64,000 nucleotides of DNA, taken from IMG/VR virus record IMGVR_UViG_3300020049_009119. One strand, given 5' to 3'. The notes under the pieces are model-generated. The model made no database searches and had not been told where the DNA came from. It worked only from the letters and a program-made list of their open reading frames with translations. The DNA comes from a virus. Position 1 is the stretch's first letter. The number at the start of each line of letters is the position of its first letter. Shown piece after piece: positions 18,591 to 26,340 of the stretch. Made by a program: the position numbers and the translations under genes.

Positions 18591-18622
18591 GAAAAGAGAA
18601 GTTTTCAACGAGAGGAATTGAG

Positions 18623-18958
18623 ATGAGCGAGCCGATCACAGAGGAATGGTGTCAGGCTGTCGGGCTGAACAAGATGACATGGAATCCCCAAATTGACGGC
18701 GGTACGCCTGAGTATTGGGTGACAACGTGGCAGGGCAAGCGTGACGCCTATCGGGAGTGGGATTCGCGACTGGCCATCCGTTTTCGGTGGGAACCGGGAG
18801 AAGACTTTCGCGTGATGTTGACCGCACCAAATACGGGCGTGTGGTTGCATGGCGTTACGACCGCCGAGCAGTTCGCGCAGGTTTACGAGTTAATCACCGG
18901 AAAGCCATTTGCGCAGGCAGTGGGTGCGGCGAGGGGGAGCGAAGATGATGACGCTTAA
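18623..18958 (+). CDS. Hypothetical protein
   Basis: GAGG RBS within duplicated 39-bp cassette. Confidence 0.65.
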   Translation: MSEPITEEWCQAVGLNKMTWNPQIDGGTPEYWVTTWQGKRDAYREWDSRLAIRFRWEPGEDFRVMLTAPNTGVWLHGVTTAEQFAQVYELITGKPFAQAVGAARGSEDDDA

Positions 18959-19274
18959 CATGGGCAAGATTGACGAAACGCTGATTTACTACGACCGTCC
19001 GCTACTGTTTACGATCTTCGACAACGATGGCCAGGCGAAATATCTGGCAACGCTGGCCGAAGAGGCGGACGACGGCGGTGAGGTCTGGATATGCGCGCCA
19101 ATTTCAGACGAAATGCTGGCGGCGGTGAAAACTGGCGAGTATGACTTATTGATGGGCTTCGCGGGGCGTCCGGCAATTGCATTACGACAATCCGCAAGCG
19201 GCGAGCTTTCCGAGGAAGCGCTGGACGTTGTGCCGGATAAGTGGCTGCCAAGTGCGGGCGCGAGGCTTGGCTAA
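18945..19274 (+). CDS. Hypothetical protein (DUF6575-like)
   Basis: ETLIYYDRPLLF motif. Confidence 0.55.
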   Translation: MMTLNMGKIDETLIYYDRPLLFTIFDNDGQAKYLATLAEEADDGGEVWICAPISDEMLAAVKTGEYDLLMGFAGRPAIALRQSASGELSEEALDVVPDKWLPSAGARLG

Positions 19275-19306
19275 GAAAAGGGAAGTTTTCAACGAAGGGA
19301 GTTGAG

Positions 19307-19513
19307 ATGAGCAAGGAAACAAAGACTTATTGGCTACGTGAAGGTGCGGATGAGGCAGGTGGAGCGTATACCGTCTGCGTTTCTGAGGGCGCGGAGTATT
19401 ACTACGTGGACGGGCTGGACATCAATCAAGTGCGATTGCCGCAAGATCAAAAGACGCTTGCGGCAATCGCGGAATTGATTGGGAAGATTATCAATGAAGA
19501 CTATCAGCGCTAA
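19307..19513 (+). CDS. Hypothetical protein
   Basis: GGAG RBS within duplicated 39-bp cassette. Confidence 0.6.
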   Translation: MSKETKTYWLREGADEAGGAYTVCVSEGAEYYYVDGLDINQVRLPQDQKTLAAIAELIGKIINEDYQR

Positions 19514-19519
19514 ATGATT

Positions 19520-19547
19520 ACGTGCGTAAATGAGTCTTTATGACAAG
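19520..19547. promoter_or_regulatory. dif/res-like recombination site upstream of Xer-like recombinase
   Basis: ACGTGCGTAAA TGAGTC TTTATGACAAG: 11-6-11 with CGTAAA/TTTATG inner arms. Confidence 0.5.
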
Positions 19548-19618
19548 AGTAACAAAAACCGCCCGCACCCTATTAAAATATAGGGTTTTAGCGTTTTCCG
19601 TGTTATTATGTTTCCCAT

Positions 19619-20545
19619 ATGAATGACCAGTCTTTAGTTACTTTTCAGCCCGCCACAATGCAGTTGGTCAGAGCGACTTGCGATGATGAGTTAGTTGACA
19701 TCTGGATTAAAAAGCTGCCCTCAAATAACACGAAATCTTCCTACGCAAAGATTATTGCCGACTTCCGCAACGTCACCGCCGTTGAATTGCGCGCCCTGAA
19801 ACTGGAAGACCTGCTTGCCTATAAAGAATGGCTCGCCACAACCATCAACGGACGCACCGGCAAGCCATACAGCACGACCACGCAAGGCACACACCTGGCA
19901 GCGGTCAAAAGCCTGTTGAGTTTCGCGCATAAGTCCGGTTATTCACCTTTCAATGTCGGCAGCATTGTCAAAATCTCAAAGCCAGAAGAGAAGCGAGCGG
20001 AGCGGATTCTGACCGAAGAAGAAGTTTTGAAAATGGTGTTGGCGGCAGAGAGAAGGACGAAGAAGAACGGCAAGAACCGAAACGAATTGCTGATCCGCTT
20101 CATCTACCGGACGGCGGCGCGTGCTTCTGAAGTGGTCGGCCTGCAATGGCGGCAGCTTCAGCCACGCGAGAGCGGCGGGCAGGTGAGTTTCTTTGGCAAG
20201 GGCCGCAAGACGCGCTCGGTGCTTGTGCCTGAAAAGCTATGGAACGACCTGATTGCCACGCGGGGCGAGGCGGCGGACGATGCGCCAGTGTTCACGACCT
20301 ACGCGGGCGGAATCAGCCGCGTGCAGGTTTGGCGGATCGTCAAGAAGATTGCGAAGGTGGCGGGCGCAAGGAGTTCGGCGACGACGCATTCACTTCGCCA
20401 CGCGCACGCCAGCCACGCGCTTGACCACAATGCGCCGATTCAGTTGGTGAGTACGACGCTGGGCCACGAGAACATTGCGACGACCAATGTTTATGCCCAT
20501 GCTAAACCAGGGGAGTCGTCGGGAAGCTATTTGAAGGTGGGGTAA
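19619..20545 (+). CDS. XerC/D-like tyrosine recombinase (resolvase)
   Basis: SAM-like N-domain; TAARASE, GKGRK, HSLRH, LGH, TNVY motifs. Confidence 0.9.
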   Translation: MNDQSLVTFQPATMQLVRATCDDELVDIWIKKLPSNNTKSSYAKIIADFRNVTAVELRALKLEDLLAYKEWLATTINGRTGKPYSTTTQGTHLAAVKSLLSFAHKSGYSPFNVGSIVKISKPEEKRAERILTEEEVLKMVLAAERRTKKNGKNRNELLIRFIYRTAARASEVVGLQWRQLQPRESGGQVSFFGKGRKTRSVLVPEKLWNDLIATRGEAADDAPVFTTYAGGISRVQVWRIVKKIAKVAGARSSATTHSLRHAHASHALDHNAPIQLVSTTLGHENIATTNVYAHAKPGESSGSYLKVG

Positions 20546-20559
20546 GTAAAGGAGAGCAA

Positions 20560-22977
20560 ATGAGCGATTGTGACGTTTCAGCAATGGAAGAGTGGATGGC
20601 GCAGCCCGACATGCGAACCTGCGCCTGTGTATCCTTCGACGCTCAGCGGTGTTACGAGGTTCGGTACAACGTGGAATCTGAGGATAACGACGAGCGCGAA
20701 TCTTGTGAGTGCTCCTGTCACGATGATGAGGATGATGACTAATGCAACACGGTAAGCGAGTCCTTCACGGTTCGGGCTGTACAGAAACAAATAACGGACA
20801 GCATCTAATCGAAATAGACGAAGAGGCAGAGCGGGCGCACTGCGTTCAATGCGCCTTGATAATAGACCTGTCGCCGGTTTGTAAATGCGGCCATACCTGG
20901 CACGAGCACGCCAAGCCCGCGACCAAAATTAGTTGGGATGCGTGTAGTTTTCCGTGCTTGCAATGCGCTTGCTCGGAATACGATCAGGTTGTCGCCGGGA
21001 AGGAGGAAGTTTAATGCTAAGCCGATGTGATGGATGCCGTAAATCCACTTGCGACTGTGGCAAGCACGATATGATTATTGAAGTGCTGGGCTTCGATGCG
21101 AAGGTGCATTACCGCCGTGCCGCGAATGACCCTGACATTCTCGAAGCTCTGTCATCTCCTGGCTATGCCGTGCGCGGCAGTGTTGGTGCGTGGATGGTAA
21201 TTCAAGAGGCGGTTTGCGAGTCCAATCATTCGTTTGACATTCCGTTAAGAGTTGAGCGCGGGCGCTTTCTTGCGGGGCCGATTGGCGTGTCACCTGAAAA
21301 TCAAATGGACTTCTGGAAGCGCCTTTTTACTGAGAACGGATGCGGCGTGCTGGTTATCTAGCGCAACAAAACAACAATAATGATTCACTTTCTGATGGAA
21401 TCAATAGAATGAGAATTCACACCTGGAACGTACAACGCCGCATCTTTGGATTTACCGTCACAGCCCTGGGACTCGATTTTAACTTGATGCTGCGGACGTG
21501 GCGCTCACGCTGCTATTCGTATTTGAACGCAATCGGCAACCGTGAAAAGCAAATCAGCCAGGAAGGAATCGTCTTCGGAATAGTGGCGGGGTTGCTTGGC
21601 TTCTCTGTCGTATGGGAGGACGCTGATGAGCGTTTCGATGAAGGAACCGGCTATTTCATTGGGTAAGACAAACAGGAATTTCAAGGACGGAATAATTATG
21701 GCAATTGGGAAATCAAAAATCACATCTGAGCACAGAGAAAAAGCCAAAGAGGAAAAACTCTGCCTTTTTGAAATCTACGTTGACGCAAGACATGCTGAAC
21801 AGGCGTCCGCCGATAAGACTTGGCTTCAAGGTCTAAAAACGCTTTCCCTTGCCGGTGCCTGCACGGTGGCGGACGCTCATAAAATGATTGATACAATCTG
21901 GGGGCGCAACGAAAAGCGGAAGGCGTAACTATTTACCGCTAGCCCCCGCCGCCCCGCCCCGGCGCTCGGTGGCAGGCAGGCAACAAGGAGAATGAAATGA
22001 ACACAAACAAAGACGAACTTGCTTTTGCGCTATTCCGACGCGCCCTGATTGATAGCGTGGGAAAGCGGCGCATGGATTTGAATATCACCGGCAAGCAATC
22101 GCCCGTCTATGACTCCTATCGTGACGAATTGAATGAGCAAGGAATCAAAACGTCATGGTCAGCGGACGGGAAAACGCGAGCGTACTGGTATTCGCTGGCG
22201 GCAGAGGCGCTACGCCAACTGAACGGCGACCCTTTGACCGCACTGCCCAAGCCTTTAACGTGTTGGCAATGCAACGGAACGGGCAGATTATTTGTCGTTA
22301 CGGAAGAGGGGCTGCATCCACGCGCTGCAAAAGCGCAAGGCAAACTAGAAAGACAGGAATGCAATGCGTGTAACGGGACAGGCGCTCCGGGGATTGAGTA
22401 AGCCTATGCCCCGCACCGAAACCACCACAGTCCGCTGCGACCGCTGCCGCACCACCACCGCCATCATCGAGTACGTGCCGAGCGCGGGCTTCCTGGACGA
22501 GATCAGCGAGAAACTGCGGGCGCTTGGCTGGCGGGTGGCGGGGGGAGAGGTTTGTGGGGAGTGTGTGAGGGCGGAAGAAAAGGCAAGAAGGAGAACAAAA
22601 TGAGAGACGGACAACTTACACTTAAAGAGTTAAAGCAGCAGCTACGACAGCACGCTCCTGAAGCACTGGTCAGATACGACTTTGGCGAGCTTGTACCGGA
22701 TGGCTTTGGCAGCTATCGCGGCGACTATTCGCATCTTGCGCTCGGCTTTCGAGAGATGGACGGACGCAGTAAGAGCCAGACCGTTGCAGACCTTATCAAA
22801 GAGTGCGAAGAAGCGGACGGCCAGACCTTTCAAGGCTACAAAGGCCGCGACTTTAAGATGAATGGGCGAACGCCTGTTTGGGTGGCAAATTATGGGCATT
22901 CAACCGGAACCGTGATTGTCAGTGTGACGGGGGATGAGTTTATGGTGAGGCTGAACACTGCTTACCGGGATTATTGA
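20560..22977 (+). other. Cluster of small CDSs, several Cys-rich: 20560-20742, 20742-21014, 21014-21361, 21409-21666, 21698-21928, 21997-22401 (two CxxCxGxG motifs), 22406-22603, 22600-22977
   Basis: Co-oriented, RBS and overlap coupling; visibly lower GC in part. Confidence 0.7.
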
Positions 22978-23282
22978 CGGCCTGCCGATTCCCTGCCAAG
23001 CCTATACCACTTCTCCGCAATCTCCCGCGCCTTCTGCGCCGCCGCCTCGCTCATCTCCGGCTGATCCTTCATCCACGCCGCAATGGCCGCATGTAGATTT
23101 TCTTCCTCAGACTGGGTAACTACTTCCACACGATCCGGGACCACAATCCGCACCACTGGCGGCGGACAGGTGCGGACCACAGGCGGGCGGCGCCTCCCTG
23201 CTCGGTGCTTCTTGCGCTTGCGCGCTTCGGCGGGCAAGGCGAGCAGGCAGAGGCAGATGATTGTGAGGGTCAGTCTCACCAT
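22971..23282 (-). CDS. Exported small protein, last gene of tail operon
   Basis: Signal-like MVRLTLTIICLCLLALPAEA then basic and Pro-rich segment. Confidence 0.6.
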   Translation of the reverse strand: MVRLTLTIICLCLLALPAEARKRKKHRAGRRRPPVVRTCPPPVVRIVVPDRVEVVTQSEEENLHAAIAAWMKDQPEMSEAAAQKAREIAEKWYRLGRESAGRQ

Positions 23283-24943
23283 CAGCCCTCAATCACGCGA
23301 AAGCTATAACTGATCGCCTTCCGCGAATAGCCTTCGATGCGAATATCCGAATCCGTCCAAACCACGCGCCGCAGGCTGCGAATCTTGTCTTCGTAGATCA
23401 GCCGCTTGCCGGGGTGGTGGTCGTCCCAGAACGCCCGCGCCGCCTCAAACTCCGCCAGCAGCCGGTCGCGGAAGTTCAACTCAAACGCCTCGAAGGCTTC
23501 GTTGTTGTAGTCCTTCACACGGCTTGCTCGGCTTCGATCCTCTGCTCTGCTGACCAGCACGGACTTGCGCCGCTCAAAGCTGACCGTCTGGTTCGGGTCA
23601 TACGGAAAATGCTTCAGCACCAAAATCGTCGCCGTAACCGTATAGGTGCCATTGGTGGCGGTGACCAACGCCTCAAGCTGCGATTGGTTCGGCGCGGTCC
23701 AGGTGACAGTTGCGCCAGACGTGGCGCTGAGCGTGCCGAGGTCTTTTGTCCAGTTGATCGTACCGGGCATGTTGGTCGTGAGGGTTAGGACTTCGCCCAG
23801 TTTGGCCGCAGTGACCGCAACGCCGGTGCTGGTGGTAATTGTCATCACCGCCGGAACCGTGACCGTGATCGTTACTTCCTGATCGCCGTATTTCGCCAAC
23901 AAGACGGACGTTCCCGGCGCAGTTCCCGCCGTGTATTCGCCATTCGCAAAACTGCCGCCGCCGCTGTAGACCGACCAGGTGACGATCTTCGATGCGGCAT
24001 CGTCGTAATTGGTTTTGAATCGGTACTTCTCGCCCGGCTGAAGCGTCACGTCGGTCAGGCCCAGCACGGACAGCGGCGGGATGATCACCGTCGCCGTGAA
24101 GGTCTGGAGCGCTTGCGATGCCACCACGCAACTCAACGTGTACACGCCCGGTTGATTCCCTGCCGTGTATTGCACCTGCCAAACGTCCGTGCTGTCGTCC
24201 ACTGTGCCGCCCAGAGGCGTCCAGAGCGTATCCTGCGCGCTTTCCGTCGGGATAATGTCCCAGATGCCAGTCAGTACAGGCGTCGTGATCTTCGGTGTCG
24301 CGCTGTCTGCGGGTGGATCAAGGAAGATGCTGGCGCGCACCGGATATTCTGTGGGATCAGTGACTTCGTAGGTAACTTCCGTTGTGCCATTGATCGCCAG
24401 CCGGAAGATATTGCCGCTCACTTCCAGGTAAAACACGTCTCCCGCCGCCGTTGTGTGGCTGATCGTATCCAGCGGGTTGCCGTCGTTGTCATTTACCTGA
24501 ATTGAGGTCGGCGCGATAAACACCTGAAGGCCATTTGTAGGGATTCGCGCGCCAACGCCAAACAGGAACATCTGCAATTCTCCGCCCGTATCCGGCAGCA
24601 TGTCGGCGCTGATTGTCCACTGCACACCGGCAATGCCGGAATGAACGCGCGGCGCGATGATCCCGCCAAAGAGAGCCGCTGAATTGCGCGTCAGCGACTG
24701 ATCCGCTTCCAGGTCGGCAAAATCAATTTGATCCCAAAGCACTGGCGGCGGCGATGAGCGGAGCGTGAAGGTCTGCACATCGCCCGGCAGGACGGTGATA
24801 ATTTGCGGAAAGATTTCGGTCATTTTGGCCTCATTTCGTCGGATAACTGGTGCTTTGCGTTCGCCCGACCACGGACGCCATTGCGCGAACGCGCACGATG
24901 CAAAGCCGATCAGCGCGGCAAGGATAAAAAGTGTTTTTCTCAT
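23282..24943 (-). CDS. Tail protein: signal peptide, Ig-like repeats, C-terminal distal-tail (Dit/gpM-like) domain
   Basis: ATGA overlap with upstream gene; Thr/Val-rich Ig-like repeats (VTWSVYSGGGSFANGEYTAG); C-terminal 110 aa with Dit-like pattern (FELNF...FEAARAFW). Confidence 0.65.
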   Translation of the reverse strand: MRKTLFILAALIGFASCAFAQWRPWSGERKAPVIRRNEAKMTEIFPQIITVLPGDVQTFTLRSSPPPVLWDQIDFADLEADQSLTRNSAALFGGIIAPRVHSGIAGVQWTISADMLPDTGGELQMFLFGVGARIPTNGLQVFIAPTSIQVNDNDGNPLDTISHTTAAGDVFYLEVSGNIFRLAINGTTEVTYEVTDPTEYPVRASIFLDPPADSATPKITTPVLTGIWDIIPTESAQDTLWTPLGGTVDDSTDVWQVQYTAGNQPGVYTLSCVVASQALQTFTATVIIPPLSVLGLTDVTLQPGEKYRFKTNYDDAASKIVTWSVYSGGGSFANGEYTAGTAPGTSVLLAKYGDQEVTITVTVPAVMTITTSTGVAVTAAKLGEVLTLTTNMPGTINWTKDLGTLSATSGATVTWTAPNQSQLEALVTATNGTYTVTATILVLKHFPYDPNQTVSFERRKSVLVSRAEDRSRASRVKDYNNEAFEAFELNFRDRLLAEFEAARAFWDDHHPGKRLIYEDKIRSLRRVVWTDSDIRIEGYSRKAISYSFRVIEG

Positions 24944-26337
24944 GGCTCTAGTGCCTCTTGAATTGGTTTCTGCGCGTCGTCTGAATACAATTCCTGCCCC
25001 AGCACCAGCAGCGTGAATTCGCACTCGTCTGCGCTTTTTTCGGCGCTGTCTGGCGATGCGCTCAGCACCAGGCATTTTTGAAACGTGTAATTCAAAACAG
25101 GGTGAGTAATCGTCACGTAATCGCCCGGCAGGACATGCAGGCTCGTTCCGTCGCCGCGCAGTGTAATCGTTAGCGGGTTGTCGGATTCGATGCGAAGCTG
25201 CCGCTCCAATAATCTGAACGCCTGGCTGTAGTTCATATTCGGGAACGCCCGCTCCGACTTCACGATGCCGACTTTGGCAATCAACGCAGGCCGCTTGGCC
25301 ACCACCGAAACTTCAGTCAAAAACGGATCATCCAGGTCGCGGAACTTGGCCACCAGGTAATTCGGCCTGCTGCGAATATCAGACGGCGTTTGACTGACGC
25401 TCCCTGCGATAATATTGCTGCGCGTCCGGCTGGTTGGGTCGTAATGGAAATGGTGAACCGGATCGTGCGGCGCGGCAGTGACAAAGCTGAACTGCTCGCC
25501 GTCGTCCTGCCAGAATGCGCCCGCTGACGCCGTGATCTGGTCAAGCGCGCTTGCCAGGTCAACTGCGCCGGTAAAGACGACATGGCATTCAAAGCGCGCA
25601 ATATCTACCGTTGCCGTGCCATTATCCCAGCTAATTTCCTCTGCGCAGTCGTTCCGAAATTCGGTATAGCTTGCCCAGTTGACGCGGGCGCGGAAGAGGC
25701 TGAATGCCAGGTCTAAATCGTCCTCATAAAGCCGCTCGTAATGGGTGCGGATTCGGTCAACGGCGATGTCTGCCGGATTGACGGAATAGGCAAAGGTCAA
25801 TTCATTGCCGTGTTCGTCATAATCCCATACCTTTTTACATTTCGCCCGCCACACGAACTTATCCGGTCTGTCTTCCGTGCTGAACTTCTCCGGCAACTTG
25901 ACGGCCACATATGCCGTGCCACTGTAGGCGATGCCATCCGGCAAGAACGGATTGACCGGTTGCGTGGCGTCATTGATCGCCGTGCTGATCGTGCCGGGAT
26001 AGAAGAGCCAGCCGGGGCCAGACGCTACGGATTCGTCAATCTCTTCGCCCGCATACCAGGCCGTGACCACGCTTTCCCAAACGCCCTCCCCGCCTGCTTG
26101 AATGAAGATTGAGGACGGCGGCGGGCCTGCGGCGTATTTCGTGGCAAGCAGGTGGCCTTTTACCAGGTGTTCGCCAAAGGCGCAGGCCAGATCACCATCG
26201 GGGCCGGTGATAAGCTCTTCAAGTGCGGGCGCGCTGCTGCTTGCGCCGGTCGTGGAATCGCCGGAACCGCTGCCGTTGCCGGAGTCGCCGCCGGAAATTT
26301 CGGCCATTTTGTCGAGGATGTCAGAAAAAAGGCTCAT
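24940..26337 (-). CDS. Tail tip / baseplate hub protein (gpJ-like core)
   Basis: YSGTAYVAV, NPADIAVD, FECHVVF, GAFWQDDGEQF, VLPGDYVTITH. Confidence 0.75.
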   Translation of the reverse strand: MSLFSDILDKMAEISGGDSGNGSGSGDSTTGASSSAPALEELITGPDGDLACAFGEHLVKGHLLATKYAAGPPPSSIFIQAGGEGVWESVVTAWYAGEEIDESVASGPGWLFYPGTISTAINDATQPVNPFLPDGIAYSGTAYVAVKLPEKFSTEDRPDKFVWRAKCKKVWDYDEHGNELTFAYSVNPADIAVDRIRTHYERLYEDDLDLAFSLFRARVNWASYTEFRNDCAEEISWDNGTATVDIARFECHVVFTGAVDLASALDQITASAGAFWQDDGEQFSFVTAAPHDPVHHFHYDPTSRTRSNIIAGSVSQTPSDIRSRPNYLVAKFRDLDDPFLTEVSVVAKRPALIAKVGIVKSERAFPNMNYSQAFRLLERQLRIESDNPLTITLRGDGTSLHVLPGDYVTITHPVLNYTFQKCLVLSASPDSAEKSADECEFTLLVLGQELYSDDAQKPIQEALEP

Positions 26338-26340
26338 GCT

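Noticed and set aside
22971-23292. Embedded Rz/Rz1 spanin pair
   Set aside because: The overlapping 61-aa ORF (23107-23292) has no lipobox or hydrophobic leader.
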